A stretch of DNA of 64,000 nt. Source: Pseudomonadales bacterium (GTDB lineage Bacteria > Pseudomonadota > Gammaproteobacteria > Pseudomonadales > Pseudohongiellaceae). Below the pieces are notes generated by a model. That model was given only the letters and a program-made list of their open reading frames with translations, ran no database searches and had not been told where the DNA came from. The position numbers and the translations under genes are program-made. Where the stretch lies: positions 6,620 to 70,619 of the forward strand of contig JAJEGU010000006.1 of assembly GCA_022819645.1 (NCBI GenBank), given 5' to 3'. Below are positions 8,970 through 17,148 of this stretch, piece by piece; the stretch's first letter is position 1, and each line of letters starts with the position of its first letter.

Positions 8970-8998
8970 TTGAATACTGTGCATACATACAGTATCTT
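8970..8998 (+). promoter_or_regulatory. sigma70-type promoter with an embedded LexA (SOS) box
   Basis: TTGAAT (8970-8975), a 17-nt spacer, then TATCTT (8993-8998). The spacer and flanks contain TACTGTGCATACATACAGTA (8975-8994). That sequence fits CTGT-N8-ACAG and the gammaproteobacterial consensus TACTGTATATATATACAGTA. It lies about 115 nt upstream of ATG 9110. Confidence 0.6.
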
Positions 8999-9109
8999 TC
9001 AGGGAAATTCGTTATTCACAAGATAATCACAGTGCGCTAACGGATTATCCTTTGACGAAGAGTTGAGTACAGCATAAATTGAATTTACTAATTGAGAGGA
9101 CTGGGTAGC

Positions 9110-9925
9110 ATGGGCGGACCATTGGGAAATGTGGACAGAATACAAGTAGCAACTGCTACGAGGCCAGATCGGAAGCTGAACACCCGCAAGGGAATTGCTG
9201 GGCGTGCATTACTTCGTACTGACCATGGCCCCAAACAAGGGTATCTAAAGCTTTTGGATGTCCAAGGGATAGCCAAGGAATCCCTGTGCTGGGCACTGTC
9301 CCGTTGTTTGGGATTGCCTATACCACAAGCATATTACGTCTATGCAAACCCGAATGACCTTTCAGAATTATCGCCTCGCAACAAATTTTGCTTAGCATTT
9401 GGAACGGAAGAAATGGAATTTTCGCGAGATCGAATTGAGAATAGAAAGGTAATTGAAAGCAAGTTATTTGAATGGGAGTTTTCATTACAATGTGGAGTTT
9501 TTGATGAATGGATTGTTAACGGGGACAGAATTCCTAATAACTTATTGTATTCAAGCCACGGGAAGTTTACTTTGATCGATCATGATGAAGTTTTGCCCAC
9601 GCATGCTTCCGTCGACAGTCATTCAATCTCAGAAGTTCTGAAAAGACTAAGTCAGAACAGCACTGAATCTGCGAAGCATAACTTGTTTGAAAGAACAAAG
9701 CTATTTGTTCTGAGGATTCAAAGAATTGACTGGGAAAGGATTCGCCAAATGATTATAGTAGAAAATGTACCTGAAGTTCAATGGGATATGTTTATGGGCC
9801 ACAAAAATTTCCTTATGCAACGCGCAAAAATTTTACCCGAAGTGCTGCATTTAAGTCTAGGAATTTCACAAACCGAGCTATTAATAGGTGATGATACTCA
9901 ACAAGGGTGGGAGAAAATCCAATGA
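9110..9925 (+). CDS. HipA-like / PI3-4-kinase-fold protein kinase (putative)
   Basis: RBS GAGAGGA (9094-9100) precedes ATG 9110. The motif FDEWIVNGDRIPNNLLYSSHGKFTLIDHDEVL fits the catalytic loop (DRxxxN) and the metal-binding IDH(D/G) of the HipA-like kinase fold. Upstream are QGYLKLL (candidate ATP Lys) and ESLCWALSRCLGLPIPQAYYV. The sequence is AT-rich. Confidence 0.6.
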   Translation: MGGPLGNVDRIQVATATRPDRKLNTRKGIAGRALLRTDHGPKQGYLKLLDVQGIAKESLCWALSRCLGLPIPQAYYVYANPNDLSELSPRNKFCLAFGTEEMEFSRDRIENRKVIESKLFEWEFSLQCGVFDEWIVNGDRIPNNLLYSSHGKFTLIDHDEVLPTHASVDSHSISEVLKRLSQNSTESAKHNLFERTKLFVLRIQRIDWERIRQMIIVENVPEVQWDMFMGHKNFLMQRAKILPEVLHLSLGISQTELLIGDDTQQGWEKIQ

Positions 9926-10782
9926 GGTTTGGTTTTCCTGATCCACCCAATTTTGGGTTCTCTTGGCGAAATTTATTTGTCGAACCTGTACCTTTTTCCG
10001 GAGAAAAAATTTCAGTTGCAGCTATTGTTAAAACTGATGACGGGACTCTTATCGTTCCCAAGTTCGTATCGAGGCATAAATTTCGAAGCTTGTTCGGTGC
10101 TAGATTTAGTGCCCATGTTTCAGATATGCTCGAAATATGTATTGAATGCGCTGAAGAGCATTTCCAGAAAAACCCGATATACCTTGACTGGAAGCCACCG
10201 ATTAGCAGTTTCCATATTGGAGAGACAGAACACTCAATGGCAGTGGACTTGGAAGAAGCAGTATTGATAGTTGGGAAGTGCTGCTCTTCTATTTTTGTTT
10301 CAGAGAAAACTAGCCAAACCGCATTTCCGGGACTGAAAAAGTTACCTCCATTCCATAGGATTTGGGAATCCGAGATTAGATCGAGTGTAGGAATGCATCG
10401 TTCTTCCTTTGAAATCAATTTTGACAAATGTGTATATTTGAAAGAGGGTGGCGTTCGATTAAATTTCGGTTTTCTTTCTGAAAAATATGTTGCACAGTTT
10501 GAAGCAGTATCTAAACCTTCATCACTCCAAAGCGCTCTAGTTCGAGCTCAAGCTAAACTTTGGCAGCTTGATCTTCTAAGAAATGAGAAAGATATTTTCG
10601 GAGTTCCGAATTGCGAGTTGCTTCTTGGGTTGCCACAATCGGAGAAAGCAGGAAGAAACAAGACGATTATGGAGTTCGTGGAAGAACTGAAGTACGAAGC
10701 ATCGAAAAGAGAATTGAAAGTTTACACAGCTAGTTCACCTACTGAAGCGGCAATGCATCTAATTGAAAAAGCTGCGGCTTGA
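9922..10782 (+). CDS. unknown-function partner protein (N-terminus DUF3037-like)
   Basis: ATG 9922 overlaps the kinase stop (ATGA at 9922-9925), with RBS GGTGGGAG 8 nt upstream. The protein is 286 aa. The N-terminus WRNLFVEPVPFSGEKISVAAIVKTDDG recalls the opening pattern of DUF3037. I found no catalytic motif. Confidence 0.55.
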   Translation: MRFGFPDPPNFGFSWRNLFVEPVPFSGEKISVAAIVKTDDGTLIVPKFVSRHKFRSLFGARFSAHVSDMLEICIECAEEHFQKNPIYLDWKPPISSFHIGETEHSMAVDLEEAVLIVGKCCSSIFVSEKTSQTAFPGLKKLPPFHRIWESEIRSSVGMHRSSFEINFDKCVYLKEGGVRLNFGFLSEKYVAQFEAVSKPSSLQSALVRAQAKLWQLDLLRNEKDIFGVPNCELLLGLPQSEKAGRNKTIMEFVEELKYEASKRELKVYTASSPTEAAMHLIEKAAA

Positions 10783-10844
10783 AGAACCTGCGCTAGTAAA
10801 ACAAGGTAATCACATACCTAACCCAAATATTGCACGAGCCCATT

Positions 10845-10869
10845 GATTCGGCCCTGAATCGGTGTTTTT
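10845..10869 (+). terminator. weak intrinsic-terminator-like hairpin after the island operon
   Basis: GATTC (10845-10849), loop GGCCCT, GAATC (10856-10860), then GGTGTTTTT. The stem is only 5 bp, so this is tentative. Confidence 0.25.
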
Positions 10870-10992
10870 CGCGCCTTGCCGAGGCGTGACGGTTTCGGCC
10901 TGACCGAAACGGGACCAGAGTTTCCCTTGTCCGCTTCCTTTCGGGTGGGGCAGCCGCTAATCCCATAATCGATCGTTCCTGCAACGGTGTCC

Positions 10993-11063
10993 CATCGCTC
11001 TCGCCCCACCCGAAGAGCTCGATGAGCTACTCAACCTGCAAGCCACTCGCCTTGCCACCCGGT
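10993..11063 (+). pseudogene. displaced duplicate of the 3' end of the CDS 7639..8964 (direct repeat copy B)
   Basis: Reads IALAPPEELDELLNLQATRLATR* in frame. The matching part, 10993..11055, is 53/63 identical to 8886..8948. Eight of the differences are synonymous third-position changes and one codon is changed (Ser to Thr). No upstream coding continuation exists. Confidence 0.75.
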
Positions 11064-11200
11064 AATCGGACTTCCCGGTGACCCCGCTCCGCCGCCCGCC
11101 TGTCATCCAAATGTGAACCACGGGCCGAACCCCCGGGCACTTGTGAGACTGGTGTAGAATGATCCGCTATTTTCACGGGATTGCTGGAGGAGTTTCATCG

Positions 11201-12655
11201 ATGAAGCGGATTTGCGGATGGATTGGCCAGACAGGGCTGTTACTGGCTCTCGTTTCATTCACTCAGACGGCTCGGGCCGCCGAGGCGGTGGCGGGCCTCG
11301 ATCTTACGGGCAGTGGCCTCGGCATCGCCGCGCTGGTGTTGTTTGTGCTCGCCTATGCCCTGGTGATCAGCGAAGAGAACATTCATCTGCGCAAATCGAA
11401 ACCCGTGGTGGTTGCCGCCGGCGTGATCTGGATTCTGGTGGCGCTGGCCTATTCAGCCGCTGGTGAGTCTGCGCTGGTGGAAGAGCTGGTTTCCCACAAC
11501 CTGCTGGAATTCGTCGAACTGTTCCTCTTTCTGCTCGCGGCGATGACCTATATCAACACCATGGAAGAGCGGGGCATCTTCAACCTGTTGCGGGCAAAGC
11601 TTGTCAGCGCGGGATTTTCCCTGCGCAAGCTGTTCTGGATTACCGGGCTGATTTCCTTCTGCATGTCGCCACTGGCGGACAATCTCACCACCGCCCTGCT
11701 CATGGCCGCCGTGGTGGTTTCCATTGGCGGCGACAATACCCGCTTCGTCGTTCTCGGCTGCATCAATGTGGTGGTGGCGGCCAATGCCGGGGGCGTTTTC
11801 AGCCCCTTCGGAGACATCACCACCCTGATGATCTGGCAGGCGGGATACGTCCAGTTCCAGGAGTTTTTCGTGCTGGTGATTCCATCCATCGTGAACTGGG
11901 TGGTCACCGCCGGGATCATGAGTTTTGCGGTTTCCCATGAAAAACCCGCGGCAATCGAGGAAAAGGCCGAGGTGAAATTCGGCGGCTGGGTGGTGGTGGG
12001 GCTGTTCGGCATGACCATCGCCATGGCGGTGAGCTTCCACAACTTCCTGCACCTGCCGCCGGTGCTCGGCATGATGACCGGTCTTGGCATACTCAAGCTG
12101 TATGGCTACTACCTGCAAATGCGCGACGCCGGCTACATGGGCTCGGCCACATCACTGGTCAGCGGCGACGCCGCCATGTTCGGCGATTCCATGCTGGAAG
12201 ACGAAATCGAGGGTCGCGAGCAGCCCTACAATATTTTCCACAATCTCCAGCGGGCCGAGTGGGACACGCTGATCTTCTTCTACGGGATTATTCTCTGCGT
12301 TGGCGGGCTCGGCGCCTTTGGCTATCTCGCGGTGGTTTCCGAATTCACCTATGAAGGCCTGGGGCCCACGGTGGCCAATGTGCTGGTGGGATTCGCCTCG
12401 GCGCTGATCGACAACATTCCGGTCATGTTCGCCGTACTCGAAATGTCGCCGGAGATGGACCTGTTCCAGTGGCTGCTGATTACCCTGACCGCCGGCGCCG
12501 GCGGCTCCATGCTGTCGATCGGCTCGGCGGCGGGCGTAGCCGTCATGGGGCAGGCGCGGGGCGTGTATACCTTCTTTTCCCACCTGAAATGGAGCTGGGC
12601 GATCATGCTCGGCTACTTCGCCAGCATCGGCGCCCATTTCTTGCTCAATGGCTGA
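11201..12655 (+). CDS. nhaD: NhaD-type Na+/H+ antiporter (ArsB/NhaD permease superfamily)
   Basis: RBS GGAGGA lies 8 nt before ATG 11201. The product is a polytopic membrane protein with an N-terminal signal-like segment. It has an NhaD-like opening (LGIAALVLFVLAYALVISEENIHLRKSKPVVVAAGVIW) and the C-terminal repeat ALIDNIPV. The family call is from memory of NhaD sequences. Confidence 0.75.
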   Translation: MKRICGWIGQTGLLLALVSFTQTARAAEAVAGLDLTGSGLGIAALVLFVLAYALVISEENIHLRKSKPVVVAAGVIWILVALAYSAAGESALVEELVSHNLLEFVELFLFLLAAMTYINTMEERGIFNLLRAKLVSAGFSLRKLFWITGLISFCMSPLADNLTTALLMAAVVVSIGGDNTRFVVLGCINVVVAANAGGVFSPFGDITTLMIWQAGYVQFQEFFVLVIPSIVNWVVTAGIMSFAVSHEKPAAIEEKAEVKFGGWVVVGLFGMTIAMAVSFHNFLHLPPVLGMMTGLGILKLYGYYLQMRDAGYMGSATSLVSGDAAMFGDSMLEDEIEGREQPYNIFHNLQRAEWDTLIFFYGIILCVGGLGAFGYLAVVSEFTYEGLGPTVANVLVGFASALIDNIPVMFAVLEMSPEMDLFQWLLITLTAGAGGSMLSIGSAAGVAVMGQARGVYTFFSHLKWSWAIMLGYFASIGAHFLLNG

Positions 12656-12681
12656 TTGCCCGCGGTTCGCGGTGGCGGGGG

Positions 12682-14151
12682 TCAGTCGGCGCCCGCCACC
12701 TCAAGCAGTACGCGGTAGATCATTTCGGTTCCCTCGGCGAGGGATTGCACCGAAACCCGCTCATCATTGCCATGCATGCGGGAAAGATCATCCTGGTCGA
12801 TGGGGTAGGGATAAATGCCGTACACCGGAACGTCCCGGTTACGCCAGGCGCTGGCGTCGGTGCCGGCCTGAAACAGATAGGAAGTGACCAGGGCTTCGGG
12901 GTATTGCTCCCGGGCGGAGTCCGCCAGTGCCTGGTACAACTCGGTGTCTTCGGGAGACGGCTGCTGCGTGGATCTTTGCTGCAGTCTTGCCAGCGCCTCC
13001 TGCTGGCTTTCGCCGGCGCTGGTGGAAATCTCCACCGAGATGGCCGGATCGGCGGTTACCCGGCGGATTTCCCTGATAAAGGCCGCAACGTCCGTGCCCG
13101 GAATCAGGCGAAAATTGACCAGTACGCTGGCGGTGCCGGGAATGACATTGGTGCGGAAGCCGCCCTCGATTATCACCGGCGCCACGGTATTGCGCATGAA
13201 GGCCCGCAGCAGCGGATCAACGCCGATGGCCCGGTCGGCCTGGGCCACCCGGGCCGCATCGGTTCCCGCAAGCAGGTCTTCAAACCAGGTGCGTTCGGGC
13301 TCCCCGGCGGTCTCGGCCAGAGTCTGGAAGAACTGCCGCGTAATCGGAATCAGTTGTATGCCGGTGTCGTGGCGCGAGAGTTTGTCCAGCGCCCGGGCGA
13401 GGGCGAAGATGGCATTGTCCGGGCGCGGCATGGACGAATGGATGCTGTGCCCGGAGGCGGTGATGCGCAGGGTAAGGAAGAACTTGTCGGCGGTGGAAAT
13501 GCTTACGTAGCGCACCTCGTCGGAATCACGGCGCTTGATGATCCAGCCGCCTTCGTTCAGCGCGAACTCGGCGTCGATCAGGTGCCAGTGGTCCCGGGCC
13601 AGCCAGCCCGTGCCGTAGCTGCCGCCCTCTTCATCGGCTTCCGCCAGAAAGATCACGTCCCGGGCCAGGGGAACCTCATCCCTGGCAAGCCGCATGACGG
13701 CTTCGGCGAATACCGCAAGCCCGCCCTTGAAATCTATCGCTCCCCGGCCATGGACATAGCCATTGACGATATCGCCGGCGAATGGTTCCTGGGTCCACAA
13801 GTCGCGCTCCACTCCCACCACATCGGCATGGGCGGCGAGCAGCAGGGGCCTTTTGGAACCGTCGCCGCGCAGCCTGGCGATGAAATGCGCCTTGCCGGGA
13901 ACGGGCGTCTCGATAATGGATACTTCAAATCCGAGCGTCTCGAACCTGGGCCGTAGCAGTTCGGCCAACTCGCCTTCATTGCCCGGTGGGTTGGAAGTGT
14001 CCACCCAAATGAGCTCCCGCAGCAGTTCCGCCGCGGGATTGGTTTGTGTTTGGGCCTGGGCCTGCAGGGTGAGCACGCTCAGGGCGGCGATTGCAAGGTA
14101 TCCGGTGATTTTCATGATGGGACTCGGCGGAAAAAACTGAATATGTTTCAT
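12682..14151 (-). CDS. secreted M20/M25/M40-family metallopeptidase
   Basis: Motifs LLLAAHADVV, GRGAIDFKGG and LAEADEEGG match the M20 metal-binding pattern (H, D, EE). There is a signal peptide MKITGYLAIAALSVLTLQAQA. The first ATG overlaps the upstream stop (ATGA at 14148-14151). An alternative start is at 14115. Confidence 0.85.
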   Translation of the reverse strand: MKHIQFFPPSPIMKITGYLAIAALSVLTLQAQAQTQTNPAAELLRELIWVDTSNPPGNEGELAELLRPRFETLGFEVSIIETPVPGKAHFIARLRGDGSKRPLLLAAHADVVGVERDLWTQEPFAGDIVNGYVHGRGAIDFKGGLAVFAEAVMRLARDEVPLARDVIFLAEADEEGGSYGTGWLARDHWHLIDAEFALNEGGWIIKRRDSDEVRYVSISTADKFFLTLRITASGHSIHSSMPRPDNAIFALARALDKLSRHDTGIQLIPITRQFFQTLAETAGEPERTWFEDLLAGTDAARVAQADRAIGVDPLLRAFMRNTVAPVIIEGGFRTNVIPGTASVLVNFRLIPGTDVAAFIREIRRVTADPAISVEISTSAGESQQEALARLQQRSTQQPSPEDTELYQALADSAREQYPEALVTSYLFQAGTDASAWRNRDVPVYGIYPYPIDQDDLSRMHGNDERVSVQSLAEGTEMIYRVLLEVAGAD

Positions 14152-14585
14152 TTTGCGGACACGCGGATGCCGAAAGGATCGATTTCGATCAGCACCCGGG
14201 ACATTTCAGTGATGTCCACCGGCGCGGCTTCCGAGGCTTCGTGTTCCGCGAAAACCAGCACCCGGATGGCTTCCCCGGCGCGTTTCGGCAGGGTCGGGCG
14301 GGCTGAATCAAAGCCCTGGGGGATGAAGGTGCTCACCAGATCAAAGGCTTCGCCCAACTCCCGGGTCAGTGACCGGCGATTGGCGTACCAGGCAGATTTG
14401 GTTGCGGGAATTTGCGCGGCGGTAGCCTCGTCATAGAGAAACAGCACATCGATGCCGGTAATTTCGATGGCGTTGGGGTCAAGACGCGAACGAATCAGGA
14501 TGGATTCAACGGCTGCGGCAGCCTGGGCCGAGCAACAGATCAGCAGCAGAACCGTCAGCGCTTTTTGCAGCATTGCCAGCTTCAC
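14148..14585 (-). CDS. secreted hypothetical protein
   Basis: 145 aa with a signal peptide MKLAMLQKALTVLLLICCSAQAAAA. It is coupled to the downstream M20 gene. No family recognised. Confidence 0.55.
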   Translation of the reverse strand: MKLAMLQKALTVLLLICCSAQAAAAVESILIRSRLDPNAIEITGIDVLFLYDEATAAQIPATKSAWYANRRSLTRELGEAFDLVSTFIPQGFDSARPTLPKRAGEAIRVLVFAEHEASEAAPVDITEMSRVLIEIDPFGIRVSAK

Positions 14586-14681
14586 TCGGAGGTTCGCAAT
14601 GGTCCGTCGGAATCCCGCGCCACAGGTTCCGGGAATATGGCGCTGGGCATGCAGAGCAACAGCGCATGGTGTGAACAGGCC

Positions 14682-15692
14682 CTAATCTTCGTCGGTATCG
14701 ACTTCGCCCTGGGTGCCCCGAGGGGAACCGTCGCCATTGAAGCCCATGACTTCATAACGGCGCCAGCCGGCCAGAATGCCGTGCAGGCCATGGTTACCCT
14801 CGTGGCAGGCGTATTCGAATACCGGGTCCGGCGATCGGCGCAAGGGCAGTTTGGCGGACCAGGACTCATCCCAGGACAAGGGGTCGGTAACGGTGAAGTC
14901 GTATTCGATCGTATTCTCGTCCACATGTCGGAAGCGTTCTTCAATCACCGCCTGGTCGGACATGCCGCGCAGGTTGTAGTCGTGATAGAAGTGCCGGGTA
15001 TGCACCACCAGATCGTCGCCGTCCCAGTAGCCGATGGAATCGCCCTCCCACTTGAGTTGCCGGGTATGGTGCTCGCTGTCGAGCCGGATGACCCGGGCGG
15101 AGTGCACCATTTCATTCAGGATCATGATGCTGTCCCGGGTCTGCACGATCTGCATGTTGTTGTTGTAGGAGCCGGGAATCATCGGCGGCCCGCCGACGAA
15201 ACCGGTAATGCAGCGGTCCACGGTGGTGCGGCCCTCGGGCCCGGCGCTGTTGAAGATCATTTCCTGATATTCGGCGCGGCGCTGCCGCCCGGCTTCATTC
15301 AGCGGCGGCATACGGCCATTGGGCGGATCGTAAATCAAGGAAGAGCGACGGTCGTAAATCGCCTCGCTGCCGCGCTCATACCAGAACTCGTTGTAGGAAA
15401 TCACCCCGGGCGGATACCCCGCGCCGCCGACACTGTCGATAATCAGGTCGCGATTCTGGCGGCGATTCTCGTAGGCCTCCCACTCCGCGGCCTGTTCTTC
15501 GGTGAGTACTTCGAGATCTTCGAGCTCGGCGGGACGATTGAGCGGAGTCAGCGTACGGAAGGTATAGGTGCCCTGTAAGTCCGGGTGGCCATATTCAGTG
15601 CGCGGAATCTCGCCGGACTGGGCGAGAGCCAGGCAGGAAAGCAGACCGCCAGCCAGGGCCGCGAGCGTCTTGCCAGTGATATTGCAGGTCAT
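14682..15692 (-). CDS. secreted conserved hypothetical protein
   Basis: The start is placed at MTCNITGKTLAALAGGLLSCLALAQS (ATG 15692). The longer track ORF would read through the MITE-like repeat. No catalytic motif recognised. Confidence 0.65.
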   Translation of the reverse strand: MTCNITGKTLAALAGGLLSCLALAQSGEIPRTEYGHPDLQGTYTFRTLTPLNRPAELEDLEVLTEEQAAEWEAYENRRQNRDLIIDSVGGAGYPPGVISYNEFWYERGSEAIYDRRSSLIYDPPNGRMPPLNEAGRQRRAEYQEMIFNSAGPEGRTTVDRCITGFVGGPPMIPGSYNNNMQIVQTRDSIMILNEMVHSARVIRLDSEHHTRQLKWEGDSIGYWDGDDLVVHTRHFYHDYNLRGMSDQAVIEERFRHVDENTIEYDFTVTDPLSWDESWSAKLPLRRSPDPVFEYACHEGNHGLHGILAGWRRYEVMGFNGDGSPRGTQGEVDTDED

Positions 15693-15733
15693 GGGAACCT
15701 CCAAAAGTGTCTGGTTTTTCGAAATTTGGCGCC

Positions 15734-15886
15734 AGGAGCCTGCGCCACAGGAATTCACGGCTGCAAATCCGCTCTCATCCACGCCCCGGGCCGCTCGATT
15801 TCGTTGCATATTTGCCTCAATCGATCAGCCAGGGGCGCGGCGACAGCGAATTTTCGCTTTCGCGAATTCCTGTGGCGCAGGCTCCT
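15734..15886. repeat. 153-bp MITE/REP-like element with perfect 23-bp terminal inverted repeats (repeat family 2)
   Basis: AGGAGCCTGCGCCACAGGAATTC at 15734-15756 has its exact reverse complement at 15864-15886. It is intergenic, between divergent genes. Confidence 0.8.
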
Positions 15887-16021
15887 AGCCACCGAAAGTA
15901 CGCGGGTTCAGTGTTGAATTCAAGGACGAATTCGCGCTATCAACCAAACGTATGGACAAGCACCGGCGCGGCTTTTATGCTTCGCCCATTCAGAACATGC
16001 AATTTCCCGAGGAGGCCCACC

Positions 16022-17107
16022 ATGATTCGTTCGACTTGCATGAAGCGGATTTCCGTAGCTTTGGCCGCTGGCCTGCTGACGCTGTCCGGCATTGCCAGCG
16101 CCCAGAAAGTCATGACGCCGACCAACAACCACCCCAATCCCTACACCACCATCAACGACTATTTTCCCCTGCCCGACGGTCGTGAGTGGGGATCTACCAG
16201 CGCCGTGGATATCGACATCGACGGTGAATCGATCTGGGTCGCCGAGCGTTGCGGCTCCAACAGTTGCGCCCTGTCCGACGTGGACCCGGTCATCAAGTAC
16301 GACCCGGAGGGCAACATCCTGACTTCCTTCGGCGGCGGCATGATCATCTGGCCGCACGGCATTCATATCGACATCGACGGCAATGTCTGGATCACCGACG
16401 CCCGGGCCGCAACCGCGGCGGAACTGGCCGAGAACCCCGATGCCGCCGGCAAGGGTCATACGGTGTACAAGTTCAGCCCCGAAGGCGAGGTGCTGATGGT
16501 GCTTGGAGAGCCGGGAGTGGCCGGCGACGGCACCGGCCCCTTGCTGAATTCTCCCAATGACGTCATCACCGACCAGGACGGCAACATCTATGTGGGTGAT
16601 GGACACGGCGGCCAGGGCGCCAATGCCGACTTGTCCACCGTGGCGCGCATCGCCAAATTCGATGCGGAAGGCAATTTCATCGAAAGCTGGGGCCATATCG
16701 GCACGGCGCCCGGTGAATTCCGCACGCCCCACAGCCTTGCATTCGATTCCCGGGGCAGGCTGTTCGTCGCCGACCGGGGCAATGTGCGCATCCAGATTTT
16801 CGAGCAGGACGGCACATTCGTCGATGAGTGGTTTCAATTCGGCAGGCTCAGCGGCATTTTCATCGACGCCAACGATATTCTGTACGCGGCCGATTCCGAG
16901 TCCAGCGCCACTTCCAACCCCGGCTGGCGCCGCGGCATCCGCATCGGCAGCGCGGTAACCGGCCATGTGTTCAGTTTCATTCCCGACCCGGACCAGAATC
17001 CCGGCGGCACCAGCGCGGCCGAAGGCGTGGCCGCTGACAGGCACGGCAATGTGTACGGGGCGGAAGTGGGGCCGCGGCAACTCGTGAAATACGTAAGGGA
17101 AGACTGA
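16022..17107 (+). CDS. secreted NHL-repeat six-bladed beta-propeller protein
   Basis: A strong RBS (GAGGAGG) precedes ATG 16022, and there is a signal peptide MIRSTCMKRISVALAAGLLTLSGIASA. NHL-like blades repeat through the protein: PHGIHIDIDGNVWITD, PNDVITDQDGNIYVGD, PHSLAFDSRGRLFVADRGNVRIQIF, GVAADRHGNVYGAE. Confidence 0.8.
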   Translation: MIRSTCMKRISVALAAGLLTLSGIASAQKVMTPTNNHPNPYTTINDYFPLPDGREWGSTSAVDIDIDGESIWVAERCGSNSCALSDVDPVIKYDPEGNILTSFGGGMIIWPHGIHIDIDGNVWITDARAATAAELAENPDAAGKGHTVYKFSPEGEVLMVLGEPGVAGDGTGPLLNSPNDVITDQDGNIYVGDGHGGQGANADLSTVARIAKFDAEGNFIESWGHIGTAPGEFRTPHSLAFDSRGRLFVADRGNVRIQIFEQDGTFVDEWFQFGRLSGIFIDANDILYAADSESSATSNPGWRRGIRIGSAVTGHVFSFIPDPDQNPGGTSAAEGVAADRHGNVYGAEVGPRQLVKYVRED

Positions 17108-17148
17108 TTCGTCCGGCGCCGCTGTCGCGCCGCGAACGCCTTGCCTGA

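Noticed and set aside
10892-10910. A 7-bp hairpin (GTTTCGG CCTGA CCGAAAC) in the island's right-hand non-coding part, considered as a possible small RNA or attachment-site element.
   Set aside because: The stem is short, there is no U-tract, there is no second copy in the window, and no conserved context can be checked. This is insufficient evidence.
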